A stretch of 64,000 bases of DNA from Octopus sinensis (taxonomy: Eukaryota): assembly GCF_006345805.1 (NCBI RefSeq), contig NC_043008.1:43090001-43154000 (forward strand), in the 5' to 3' direction. Of the stretch, positions 1 through 12,577 are shown one piece after another (position 1 is the stretch's first letter; each line of letters opens with the position of its first letter). A program made the translations under genes and the position numbers. Under the pieces are notes generated by a model. The model worked only from the letters and a program-made list of their open reading frames with translations. It made no database searches and was not told the origin of the DNA.

Positions 1-344
1 CACGCACATACATGCATACATATATAGATACATACATGCATACACACATATTCCTTCAGCAACCAAATTATACGCCAATTGGTGCTAATAGCTTGATGAC
101 ATTTTTGAGCACTTGTGACTTACTCAGAAATGTGATAAATTCAACCATTTTGTGTGGTGCCATTTGTAGACTTCACTTTCCCTTTGGTTTCATTAGACAT
201 TTTGTAGCTATCTCCTGTTCTTCGTCTGTCAAAGCATATTCTTCGAAATGTGACGTGCTATAACAGTCATGAGTATATGCAGGTATGTATGTATGAATAT
301 ATATATATATATATATATATATGTGTACATACACACACACACAC

Positions 345-417
<73 letters not shown>

Positions 418-421
418 CTGT

Positions 422-469
<48 letters not shown>

Positions 470-491
470 TTATATATCTAAACGCATATAA

Positions 492-790
492 GCCTGCTGG
501 TGAAATTGACGTACAAGTGACTGAGCACTCCACAGACACGTGTACCTTTAACGTTGTTCTCGGGGAGATTCAGCGTGGCACAGAGGTGTGACAAGGCTGT
601 CCCTTTGAAATACAGGTAAAACAGAGACAAGAAGAATGTTGTGGTGAAAGAGTACAGCAGGGACCCCTCGTGGATCTTTAGGTGTTTTCGTTCAATAAAC
701 TCTCACAATGCCATGTCTGGGAATCGAAACCGCGATCCGCGATCCTACGTCGGTAAGTCCGCTGCTCTAACCAGTGAGCCATTGCGCTTC
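492..790 (-). mobile_element. tRNA-derived long SINE (family B, head type 2), 3' part missing
   Basis: Minus strand starts GCGCAATGGCTCACTGGTTAGAGC (A-box-like) ... GGTTTCGATTCCC (B-box-like). The body (aagtgactgagcactccacagacacg ... gtgacaaggct) recurs at 48990-49618, 6681-6988, 16937-17205 and 44490-44812. Confidence 0.8.
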
Positions 791-2829
791 CACACACACA
801 CACATACACACATACACACACACACACACACACATACACATATATATATATATATAGCATTAGCATTTTGACAACTGCTCTTATAGAATTTACATATACC
901 CGAGAAAGAAGACTAGATCCACATTATCATTGATGAGGAAAGATATCTTATGTAGCTACTTGGCAAAGTGAATTCGTGAGAAATATCTCTTTTAAATTAT
1001 CTTATCCAAGCAAGCACGAAAAATAAAAATAAATCCTACGAAAGGATGAAAGATGCTCAAAAATATATTTAAGCAGGTTCTGCTTTGTTATGTAATTTAT
1101 ATTCTACAGGATGGCTTCCAGCTAAATATACAATATACATGTTATTACCCAATTCATTTATGATGTTTGATTAAATAGACATAGAAAATAGATTAAATTA
1201 TAAACAAAACTCAACTGGAATTATTTTTTATATCCTGACTTTATTTTCCTAATTTATGAATGTTTTACTAATATTTAATGTTTGTTCGTGCAAAACATGG
1301 AATTACGCAGAATATGGGATTTGACTATGCAAGTGTAAAGGAATTCACATTCTCGTAGGGCTTTGAACTCTTTTTATTTTCAGTGATGTCCGCACCCCCA
1401 TCTCTTTCCCATCCTACTTCCTAAAATTGACATCTTGAAATGTCATCCAGCCCTTGTGAGAAAATGTGTTTATTTATAAATATGTTGATAGGTATATAAT
1501 GAAAAGGGAAAGAGAAGGAAGAGAAAAAAGAAAAGAGAAAAGAGAATTGAAGGGTTCTTTGATAACCTCCTGCTGTGAAGCTCTTTACCTTCTTACACTC
1601 GAAAGGGGCTGGGCCGTCTCCAGATGTCCTTTTCTGGACACTTTTAGCCACTTGGATATTAAAAACTTGTACATTCAAACCGCATACATACATACAACCA
1701 CACACACACATATATATAGAGAGAAACACATATACTATATATTTAAATATATGTATGCATGTATGTATTTATGTGTTCACATATATAGACACGCTCACAA
1801 TTTTATTGTAACTCTGAAATATTTAATTGAAGATATGCAGACAAAATGGCCGATTAGTTTAACGGGAAATCTTTTTTCCCTTCTCCATGATATAACATTT
1901 AAACAGAAGTGTTTATTTGAAGTAATGTCATTTCCTATGGATTCCATCCTCTTTCATTACACAACCACTTGTCACTATTCTACCAAACCGCTTTTTAATC
2001 TCAATTAATCTTCAACCAGAATAGTATTTTCTTTTACATTCTACAAGACTTTTAATGTCATTGCTTCGAGATAAATATCAAGTTTTAATGTTTGCAAATA
2101 AGTTTGCAAACTGCTTAATTGTGAATTTTCGAATTTGTATGTTTGTTATGAAAACGGTTTTGTTGTTGTTGTTGTTGTTGTTGTTGATTTTGTTGTTGTT
2201 GTTGTTGTGGTTATTTTATTGTCACTTTCAGAAATATAATGTCAAATCGATTCAAAAATAGTATTTTAATTTCTTTCGCTTTCCAGTCTGCGATTTGGAC
2301 TTCATCTATTCTTTGATCGATATTGTTCCATAGAATTATTTTCCTTTGCTTTTTTCCCCTTTTCTTTCTGTTTTGTTTTCTGTTATCACTGATGCTTTGT
2401 TTGGTAATTTATCAATACGACAAATATCATATCGGAAATATGATTTAGTAATATCAAACTTTTATCGATCTTAAAGTTGGCAACGTTAATACTTCCACTG
2501 CAATGAGTGATCGACACGGTTTCAATTCTCTGCTAAGTGTGGATAATAGTTATTTTCTTCACATTATTCCGTTGATAGAAATCAGGAATACTAAATAATG
2601 TCCTTTCTCCTTAGTCTCCAAGAATGAATTCAATATTCTCTCTAGAATTTCGCCGAATCTACAATATAAATTGGGAATAAAACCATTTGAATGATTCCTG
2701 GATTTAGTCGTCCCGAATTTATCCTGTTTCTTTGATCGACACAGCGCACCATTTATGCTGACATCACTTGGATGGTAGACAACAAAATACTATTAATTCG
2801 AATAATTATTTTCTTGACAACAACCCCAG

Positions 2830-2923
2830 TTGGCAGAATCGGTAGAACGTCGGACAAGATTCCTCGTGGTATTGACTTCTGATCTCTGCGTTCCGAGTTA
2901 TAATCCTGCCGAAGTCAACTTTG
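2830..2923 (+). mobile_element. Decayed SINE family A head fragment
   Basis: ggcagaatcggtag ... ttccgagttataatcc ... gaagtcaactttg aligns by eye to the family A head (ctggcagaatcgttag ... ctgagttcaaattcc ... gaggtcgactttg). Confidence 0.5.
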
Positions 2924-3687
2924 AACAACACTCTTCTTGGGTTGAGAAATTAAACGCCAATCTGATGGATCGTGAAAGCACTGGACCGGATGGCTAGCGG
3001 TGTTTGTTCCTGCATTCTGGTTTCAAATTCCAGCGTGGCCTTCAATGATAGAATTACACCTTTGCCCGGCTTAACGCCACAATCTGGGGCTAAGTTACCT
3101 TTTGCGGGATCCATGCGGGTAAAATATACTTTTTGATGATAAATTTCTTTCACTTTTACTCCTCTTGTCTTGGAGCCCCACAAAAGGATCACAAGCACAG
3201 ACCTACTTTCCTGAGTAAAAAAGCGACAAACTCACTTCTCTCTTCCTAACAATGTTAGCATTCTTAGTGTTCACTATAATTCAACTTATCGATCTCTGTT
3301 ATTGTCTAATTATTGATGCCAAAGACTATCACTAGTTCTCACAGGTTCCTTGCTTTATCTAGGGGTTGTGCATCTTTTGGAAACAAGTCAGACTCTCAGA
3401 CATATTTTTTTGCAGAATGGTAGCATAGTTCAATCATGTGAACATTAATGAAATTCCACCTTAGTGTGTGTGCAATGTTTAGAGAAGATTGATTCTATTG
3501 CCGGTTGTAGGCAAACTGTGTTGTAAGATCAAAGGAAGCTGGACGCATTGAGAGGTCGGTGATATACCTTATCAAGAGCTGTGGACGGTTTTATTTAATA
3601 ATGTCACGAGCAGAGTAAATTTTCATTTTACGACACAGCCTAGATTAGAAAGAGAGGGAAGCCCTTCCAAGGATGATTGATCTGTTA

Positions 3688-3835
3688 GCTATAGCAGCGA
3701 AATTCCTCTCTATCACAACCTACCTTTTTTCTGATAAGATGACGAAGGTCAGTTTGGACACAAAATTGAAGAATGGTCACGACTGGAACGTCTTTGATCA
3801 TTAGTCTGTTCGATCAGATTTAATCGGAGACGAAA
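3688..3835 (-). mobile_element. Old interspersed repeat (family D), related to 4670-4805
   Basis: Minus strand gatcaaagacgttccagtcgtgacc ... gaggaatttcgctgctatagct has the same motifs in the same order as plus-strand gaaggcgttcaaacactggcc ... ggcgatctggctgctgtatct at 4670-4805. Confidence 0.35.
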
Positions 3836-4114
3836 CCAGAAAAATACCAATCATGTATTGTTGTCTGCCACAAGAACCGTGTATCATCAGAAATCAATAA
3901 CATTATATTGATTAGCTTCCTCGGCTTCTTTCTAAATACCAGAGCTGAGTATGGGGTGAAGACACCTCCCAGATTTCATCTTGGTAAATCATATTTCAGC
4001 CTTAACAAACAGTACATTCTTTTTACACCAGTTTCTGAAGTGGTTTTTCATGGAGTTTCCATTGGAATATTAAAAGAGGGTTTCACCTTCCCTTCTGCTT
4101 GATAATTTTGATAA

Positions 4115-4245
4115 GGCATCATCTTATCACCATCTTGCCATCATCTTGTCAGACTTTTGGCATCATCATGTCAGCCTCTTGTTATCATCTTGTTATCATC
4201 TTGTCAGCTTCTTGTTATCATTTTGTCATCATCTTGTCAGTTAGA
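4115..4245. repeat. Degenerate minisatellite built from atcatcttgtc/agcttcttgtt units
   Basis: atcatcttg(t/c)c occurs about 7 times with variable spacers. Confidence 0.7.
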
Positions 4246-4669
4246 TGTTGACACATTCACCTTATTTGTGAAGTGTTTCCAGATCAGGAATAAATATCAG
4301 AAAGTATTTTATCCAACGATCTAAAAATTCTAAATTCTTACTCCCGTGAATATGTGTTTTATTTTATCGATTTTCAGGAGGTTGGAAATCATAGTTAACA
4401 TTAGGTGGAATCGAACTCAAAACGAAAAGAGTCAGAAAAAATATCGCAAGTTTCTACCCGATTTATAGCGATTCTGCCAGTCTTCTCCATGCATTGTAGC
4501 TCCACAAAGTTCTCCTGTAATATGTAGAGAATTAAAAGAGTAATAGCCAAAACGATTCTTAATATCAGCACCAAGCAAATAAGAAAGGATGTGCAGCAGG
4601 CATCTACCATATAAAAGGTTTTTGTGATTCTGGTTGCAGTTGCTTAGTCCCTGGTCTGCTTTGATTAAA

Positions 4670-4805
4670 CAAAACTATGGCCGAAGGCGTTCAAACACTG
4701 GCCTCTCCATCGTTTTTGTATACCAGGGACTGTTGCATTTTTAGGGCCGTAGAGTGAAATTAGGAGGCGATCTGGCTGCTGTATCTATCAGGTCGAGCGA
4801 CCAAA
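4670..4805 (+). mobile_element. Old interspersed repeat (family D)
   Basis: Shares motif order with 3688-3835 (-). Confidence 0.35.
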
Positions 4806-5117
4806 GAAGGCACTTCGTCGTTGACTAACCAACAGAACATTGGTTGTGTGTTGGGATTCATCACAATGTTTTTTGCAGTATGAGGAAAATGCGGAAAATA
4901 TTGTCGAAATTTTCGTAATAGTTCCAAAACCTGATTTTATATTCGTTGCTTTGGAATATTTTCCCATGTTCTCCAGAATGAACTTTAGACGTTTCTATAT
5001 TTTAGCGATACGTTTTATTTCTTTTACAGACAAGAACGGTCGTACAGTTCTATTTTCCAAGAATATTGCTCATTATATTATTCATCGACTGATATATATA
5101 TATATATATATATATAC

Positions 5118-5178
<61 letters not shown>

Positions 5179-6680
5179 AAGAGAGAGGAAGAATGATAGT
5201 TACATTAGTAGACAGACATTAAAAACATAGAGCATACACGAATCAATATATGCACAACCCCATGCCAACATACCTACATACATATACACACACAAATACA
5301 TATACGTTTATGTATGTATGTATGTATAGAAATTGCTAAATTCAAACAATTGCATACATACAAACCAACTAACGTACCACATACATAACTGCATAAACCT
5401 ACACTACACACACACATACACGCACACACACACACAGAAATGTACATGTACATATATAAATATATATATATATATATGCATATGTATATATATGCATATA
5501 TATATATGTACATACATATATATATATATGTGCATGTATGTACATATGTATATACATACACATCAACCATAATAGATACACGCATGTTACTACATACATA
5601 AATATGTATACACACTAACCTATATATATATATACACAGACATACTTACATAATTACATAGATGCACACATATCTCTAAAATGAAGGTGTAAATTGCCAT
5701 TTTACTTCCAAACATCAGGTTAGTCTGTCGACCAAACATTTAACGCAACATCCAATTAAGCCACCATTTTCGATACCCTCCTCCCCAACTAGACGCCATT
5801 AATGCGTTCTAACAGTTGCATTCGCTCTTTACAATCATAGTAACTTTATGTATAAAGATAACAGAGGGTATGTATAGAATATAAGTATATACATAAAACA
5901 CATGTATATATATTATTATCATCAACCAGCACCGATGATTAACAAGTATTGCCAGTTAATTTAGAGTCGGCTCGCGAAGAACCTGAAGGTTTTGCGAAAT
6001 AAAACTGGCTTGATGTCTGGCTGTTGCGTTTATTTACTTTGTGTTTGTTGATTTGACTTGTTTGAAATGTCTGCGAGTGAGAATTTGTTCAGCTCAATCC
6101 TCCGGCTCAATATCCACGCCATCTTTATTCCTAACAGCAACGTACACTCTACTCTGATATTACTTTTCCATTTGTCGGAACCATGAAATGCTAAAAGGAA
6201 AAGAATAAAAGAAAGACTATAGAATGAAATAAATTAAATCTACTTTCTACATTGTAATAAAGAAGATAAATAGCTTAGTGGTCTATTATTAGTGTCTAAC
6301 GAACCATGTTTTACGACAATTATCTCTAAAAAAAATCCCATTCTCCTACCGATCTCACCAACCAAATCGAATGAAAAATATAAAAGAATTTTTCATTAAA
6401 TTTTTGCAGCTTTCCTATGTGAAATTTATCTCTCTATTATCTCCGTCTTCATTCCGATTACTTTACAATTTAAGCCTACTTTTGCTTCCTCCACCTTCTC
6501 TCATTCCGACCAGATTTTTGATATTTTATTTCTTTTTATAAAACAATAGAAATACTTAAAATAAATTGTTGTGAATTTATAGTTTGGTGGGCGTCCATAC
6601 TGGAATCGTGACATATTTTTCAATTTTTCGAGAAATGGTTAGTGCGTTCTGTGTTAGTAGAAGGAATTGTGAAGGAGTGT

Positions 6681-6988
6681 GGCTTATTGGTTAGGATTTT
6701 TCCGCTAACGATCGTAACGTTGTGAGTTCGATTCCTGATGGTGCACTGTATCCTTCAGCAAGATATTTTGAACCAGTTACTCCACTCGACTCAGGTGGCA
6801 AAAGTGAGTCGTACTTCTAATTCAAAGGACCAGCCTTTTCACATTCTGTGTAACACTGAATCCCTCTGAGAACTACGTCAAGGGCACGCGTGTCTATGGA
6901 GTACTCAGCCACTTGGGCGTTAATTCCACAAACAGGCTGTTCCGTTGATCGGATCAACTGGAATTCGTCTTAATCGATGGAGTGCCAG
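6681..6988 (+). mobile_element. tRNA-derived SINE family B (head type 1), essentially full length
   Basis: gtgtggcttattggttagg (A-box-like), gagttcgattcc (B-box), central gtatccttcagcaagatattt domain, then the shared body ending caggctgttccgttgatcggatcaactgg. Confidence 0.8.
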
Positions 6989-7361
6989 GAGAAAGAATTT
7001 CTTTAGGAACCAAACTCTTCACTTTCAGTTCTAAGTGGAATCAAATTTTTTTGCTTTCATTTCCTTAAAAACCCAGGAATATCAATAGAGTTGTGCCACC
7101 GTTCCTTTTTATAACGGAGTTCTTCTAATTATGAAGTCTCAGGCATATTTGTATGGGCGAAGAATACTTTTCGGATGGCATTCTATCGAATCAATTTTAG
7201 TATTTCCTATTCTTCTGATATCGAGAAGCAGTCTGCAAAGGTCCGTCATATACCTGGCTGGTTATCTACCTACCTACAGATATGCATGAGGGTGCGTGCG
7301 TGTGTGCATGTTTGTGCATATGTGTGTGTGTATATGTGTGTGTATGTGTGTGTGTGTGTAA

Positions 7362-7541
7362 GCTGAGAAAAGCCTGGTTTGACAACATCAAGGACTGGAC
7401 AGGTCAAACACAGCCAACCTGCTGCTCATGACAGAGAACAGAGACCAGTGGCGACGGCTGACTTTGAAGGGGTCTGGAGTCATCTTCCAGCGACTGGCTG
7501 CATCAGTGAAAGGATCTTGATGATGATGATGATGATGATAA
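7362..7541 (+). mobile_element. RTE-clade LINE extreme 3' end with (GAT)n tail
   Basis: Translates, with one frameshift, as LRKAWFDNIKDWTG / NLLLMTENRDQWRRLT ... stop. This matches the RTE ORF C-terminal pattern R-K-x-W-x-D-N-I-K-x-W-T-G ... D-R-x-x-W-R and is followed directly by (GAT)n. Confidence 0.75.
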
Positions 7542-8400
7542 TGGGGAATTTGGGGGGAGTTTCGACTCTGTCCGAGCTGATCGGTAATCTGAGAGTTTCG
7601 TCCGTGGAGTCCTGCATATGTAGGACAAGGGGCGTCGGGGAAAGCATAAACTTTGACATAATTTTGTCTGGTGTCTGCAATGTAGAGTTTGAAACGAATC
7701 AATCGACAAATCTAGGATTTTTTCAATGAAAATACTGCCAGAGGCATCTTGGTTGGGGAGTGGCGAGGTGACCAAACGGTTTGTGTAGAAAGTATAGACA
7801 TTCTGTTGGCGATGGGAGTGGGGAAGGGGCTGGAATGATATGTCCATGACCAGATACATAATTTGTTCATCTGATTTTTCTTTTGTACGGTTTGCAGACG
7901 TGTGTAGAGGTAGATAGATGTGTTATAAACATGGCTTTCAATCTCAGCACCTAACATAAGATACGGGCGTTTTTCTGGATTTGACCTGTTTTGGCTGAAT
8001 AAAGAAATTCGTCATTGGCTTGTGTGTCGAGATATGTTTGCTTCAGGAGGTTGTTTGCATAGAACTGGGGCCACACGGACGATTTAGTTGACTAGAAACA
8101 CTAGAGCGATCGAACTGTGTTAGGTGGAGGAGAGTTGTGTTGGGTGTTGAGTCAATTCGATCAACGCTCAGACATTAACGTAAAAGCTGCGCTTAAAGAT
8201 TGCGATAATTGCTCAAGGTTAATTTCTGTGTTGGTGCGTCAGTCAGGGATTGAGGTGAGGAGTGCAGGTAGATAAGAATGGTAACCAATTCGGCCCCTGC
8301 TTCAAGATCATTCTTATGATTATGAAGAAGAACCTGCGAATGAAAGCTGTCATCTGTTTTAGGCTATTGAAATAGCGACATGGAAACCACAAAACATGAT

Positions 8401-8985
8401 TCAGTAAAGGTTGTGGACAGCGGTCATCTGTAGTAAATAGGACGACTGTACTGTGACCATCAGAGAGAAGAGTAAATGAGCAGCTGACTGGACAATCTGT
8501 TTCCGGAACAACGGCAGAGTAGCATTGACCAGCGTAGAGAAAAGGATGGTTAACTTTAGGGGCTGACTCATCTTCTGGGACTCGTAGTGGTACTGTGATA
8601 GCCAGTGGGCAAACACCTTCAGAGTGGCCAGCGCCTGCGCATGTTGCGCATGTATCTCTATAAAATCTGGTTGACGTACAGTTTGTGCTATGGAGTTGAC
8701 TTCGTACAGTTTGGCGGAGCCACTGTCGGCCACACGATGTACCAGGCGTTGTACCAAATTGTCAGCATCAGTGAAATTCTCATTAAACCTATCCCCGATG
8801 AAATACTTCGCCATCCTCCCTAAAGCCTGTTCCAGGGAAGACAAATCTCGTAGGATACAGTACAGTCTCCGACACTCGTACTCCGCTGTGATGGTCAGCT
8901 TGCGGCCGTGGCCACCATTCGGCACAACATACTGCTTGTTCTGCTGCATTAGCGTCGATTTCCTCCACACACGATGGAGAGAGAT
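8401..8985 (-). pseudogene. XPO6: Exportin-6 internal fragment, intronless and truncated
   Basis: The ORF 8401..8970 contains KLTITAEYECRRLYCILRDLSSLEQALGRMAKYFIGD ... LVQRLV ... KLY ... PDFIEIHAQ ... ALATLKVFAHWLSQY ... SAAHLLFSL. This follows vertebrate XPO6 as I recall it (RLNITAENDCRRLHCSLRDLSSLLQAVGRLAEYFIGD ... PDLIDVHAQSLAALQAYSHWLAQY ... SACHLLVSL). The frame stops at 8401-8403 where XPO6 continues, and there is a 9-nt tandem duplication at 8635-8652. Confidence 0.85.
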
Positions 8986-9752
8986 AAGAGTGTCTGGATT
9001 ATATTAATCCTCGGTTACAATATTTCTTTTAAGCCACTTTATTCTTGTAGCTGCTTATTTCTGGATGTTTTAACTTAGTCTCATCCGTGTGAAGGGGATC
9101 TTATCCAAAACCAGCTGGAAAGACTTAAGTCTAATTTCTTAAATTACAAGAATTCTATATTTAAACATTCAACACTTAATTCGAAAAAGCTTTATCTTCC
9201 AGACTGAGAATACTTTCCATGTATTAGTACAGCGCAACCTTTGTAAGAATTTCTGGTTCTCGTCAGTCTTGGCAGCATAAAATGTTTGGTAAAAGTTTCG
9301 TTTAGTTGGAATATATATTTGAGCTGGTTATTAGAATCAAAGAGCCTGATATTGTTATAGAAATGCCCCAATAAACTGACATACAACGGCTATAATCATT
9401 ACAGGGATAATTGACAGAAAGGGAAATGTGGTACGGGTATGATGATGGTGTTGGCGGCGGTTGACAGTTGGGGAGGTGGCGGAGGTGGTGGTGGTAGCGG
9501 ATGGTGGTGGTAGAGGATGGTGGTGGGGATGTTAAGGTTGGTCGATGCCAATAGCAGTCACGATGACAAATAATCGATGGTATTTATTACACCTGTGAGG
9601 TAATATCTTAAAGTCTCACCTGTCTGGTAATATTCAAATGTTAATTGACAGAAAGACTTTTAATTAATTAATCGTAACGCAAAGTTGCTCTGATCGTTTT
9701 ACTTCCATCCAGAACAAACCGTAATTTAGAACATTGAAGGGTGTTAAGTGTA

Positions 9753-9819
<67 letters not shown>

Positions 9820-10034
9820 TTCATTTAAGCAGCATCACCTTGAACGGACGGGTGAGTCTCTTTCTGGTCGCCTACCCCAGAATATCATCTCCAAAAACGA
9901 GACGTCACACTGGATACATGGAATGGTCATATCTGGAATACTTTTGATCATAGGTTCACTAAATTAGATCTAACTATGGGTTAAACAACAACATTTATTA
10001 CAACAACATTTGCCATTGGAATTATTTAGAAATC

Positions 10035-10180
10035 TTATTTACATTATTTACATTTGACGATATTTGCTCTCATCTTGTTTGCTGTTAACACAACGTTTCG
10101 GCTGATATACCCTCCAGCCTTGATCAGGTGTATTGGGTGAAATTTCGAACCTGGGTTCTCATTCCTAATGTATCTTTCGA

Positions 10181-10217
<37 letters not shown>

Positions 10218-10318
10218 GTTGTTGTTGTTGTTGTTGTTGTTGTTCAGGTCACTGCTTCGAATCGAACTCGGAATCTTGGGGTTAGTAGCCCGCGCTCTTA
10301 AGCACTACGCCATATGGC
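10035..10318 (-). mobile_element. tRNA-headed SINE carrying a hammerhead-ribozyme motif
   Basis: Minus strand order: A-box TGGCGTAGTGC (10312-10302), B-box GAGTTCGATTC (10269-10259), (AAC)n(AAT)n spacer, unique body, hammerhead motif (10131-10089), AT-rich tail ending in TGTAAATAA x2. Confidence 0.8.
10089..10131 (-). ncRNA. Minimal type I hammerhead ribozyme motif (G8C variant in this copy)
   Basis: ACAC-CTGATCA-A-GGCTG(GAGGGTATAT)CAGCC-GAAAC-GTT-GTGT: stem I ACAC/GTGT, stem II GGCTG/CAGCC, palindromic AACGTT stem III. The core is CUGAUCA instead of CUGANGA. Confidence 0.75.
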
Positions 10319-10971
10319 GTGGTGGTATATCAGCCGAAACCAAATAGAATAAAGAACTCAGAGCTAATTCAGAGAGTAAATAAATTATTTCTTCTAAAAT
10401 CGTTAGTTTAACATATTGATTTGCCTACGTCTCTTCGGGAAGTCTTATGGCTTCGAACACATGACCATATGGTTTAGAAATGGGTTGTTTAACCACAGAG
10501 CCAAGCCTACATCCGTATATGCTTCAAATAGTCTTCAATTTTGTCAATTTGTTTGTTTGTTTTTTTTCCTTCTGCTTAATTCAATATCTCTATTTACTAA
10601 TTATAGATCGATTAGTTAGCTTTGTTCAAGTGTTTACATCGAAAATGGTTGGGAGCAGGCAATGGATGAAAACAGCCCGTTTTAAACCGATAATCCAGAA
10701 CATATGTCGATATTGAACTGGAGGTCATGAACAGAGCCGAGGCTGGCTTCGATATATGAACCGTGATCTGTTGTGCACAGCAGCGTGAGAGTATTGGATA
10801 CAATGAACTCAACATCATATATGCGTTCATACATTCACACACACACGTATGTATGTAAGCATGTACATATGTGTGTGTATATCTTTGTATGTGTGTATTT
10901 ACACGCACACTCTCATAATGGTGTGCGCTGCGTATTGGTGATACGGGTGATTATATGTGCATGAAAACGCA

Positions 10972-11021
<50 letters not shown>

Positions 11022-11461
11022 ATATATGTATATATATGTATATATATGTATATATATGTATATATATATTCATTTTTATATATATACATATATATATGCA
11101 TTTATATATATATATATGTATGTATGTATGTATATGCATACATACATGTGTGTGTATGGACATATATCACGTATACGTGTGTGTAGGCCGTTAGATGTTG
11201 GTATTTTGAACAAAATGAGTGCACTAAATGCGCGCGTGTGAATCAACAGGAACGGCCGTGTATTGGCGTGAGTATGTGTAAGCGTGTGTAAGCGTGTGTG
11301 TATGCGGTGTTGATGAAGTGTCGAAACGGTAGTTGAAAGGTTGATGTTTGGTAATTGGTTCTAAGAAGTGAGTTCATATGGAATTGGATTCTGTGAACGT
11401 TGCAATATAAATGAGACATTAAGAAACGAATTAAATTAAGCTAATGTAACAGGAGATTAAA

Positions 11462-11572
11462 CGGCAGAATTGGTAGAGTGGGATATAGAATTTCCTTGTG
11501 GTGCATGCGCCATGAGTTCAAATTCGGTCGACGGCTACTTTGACTTTCCTCATTCTCTGGTCGATAAATAAA
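11462..11572 (+). mobile_element. Highly decayed SINE family A fragment
   Basis: ggcagaattggtag ... gagttcaaattc ... tactttgactttcctcattctctggtcgataaataaag resembles the family A head and body. Confidence 0.45.
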
Positions 11573-12261
11573 GTTTCTCTTCTACCGTAGTTACCACACG
11601 CTCCCTCTGTCTCCCTTCGGAATGGTCGTATAGCATCCCTGATAGAGATAATGAAATAATGAAGAGTTGAGCGAAGGTGAGGGGTTTGCAACCTGTTCCA
11701 ACAGAAAGTCGATATGCGACTGGAATTGTCCAAAGACGGACTGTTCTGTTCTACATCACGGAACGGAAACAAAGACGGAACAACGCATCGTTTAATTCTC
11801 CAATGTATTTGTTTATGATTTTTCATAATCATTTTTTGTTTGTTTTTACGTTAATAAAAAGCCACAATATATAGGGGAAGGCTATTGGAAGTGATGGGGT
11901 TGAAATGCTATGAATTGGCCTTAATTAATAGAGAGGGAGAATGAGAGGGCGAGTAAGGGGGAGAGAGAGAGAGTAGTTGGGTTGGTGTTGTAGGTATTTT
12001 CCCTCTCGTTCGAGTTATATAAAACGACTCTTCATGGCCGACCATTCCATTTTTGTTATTGTTGAACACGATGTAGTTTCAGGCATGGTGGATTCATGAA
12101 ACGAGAGATGCTAATGGTGAAGCCAGATGTGGTGTAGGGTTGCCTAGTAACAGAATTGGGACAGCGAAGCTTCGTCTCGCCAGCTCATTTTGCTTCCATC
12201 ATTAGTTACTCAGATATGTAATAATCAAGGGAGACGAAAGTTGAGGATTTTAATACGTAAT

Positions 12262-12405
12262 GGCCAAAATGGCTGAACGGTTGATACTCGCTTCGCAACC
12301 ACGTGACCTAGGTACAATCCCACTGCATCCATCTTGACGAATTGCTTTTTATTAAGCCTTTTTGAATGAAATTGGGTAAAGGGAAACTATTTGGAAGTGC
12401 GTCGG
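12262..12405 (+). mobile_element. Decayed SINE family C 5' part
   Basis: atggctgaacggttgatactcgcttcgcaaccacgtg ... ggtacaatcccactgc ... gggtaaagggaaact parallels 39944-40090 and the head of 45305-45720. Confidence 0.45.
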
Positions 12406-12577
12406 GTGGATTGTACCTGTAGCCAAAAGGGTGTAATTGTTAAACAGTGTGACCTTAATTAGCCTTAAGAATTACGTTGAGTATCCAACATATCTACGGG
12501 ATAATCAATCACTTAATGGTTGACTGTCCTATTGATCGAAAATTTGGGACATTAATTACCAAAACCAACAGACATAT

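Noticed and set aside
10250-10318. tRNA-like sequences here and at 720-790, 6681-6735, 39290-39355 and 49545-49615 as tRNA genes
   Set aside because: No complete cloverleaf or acceptor stem, and each continues into a repeat body, so they are SINE heads.
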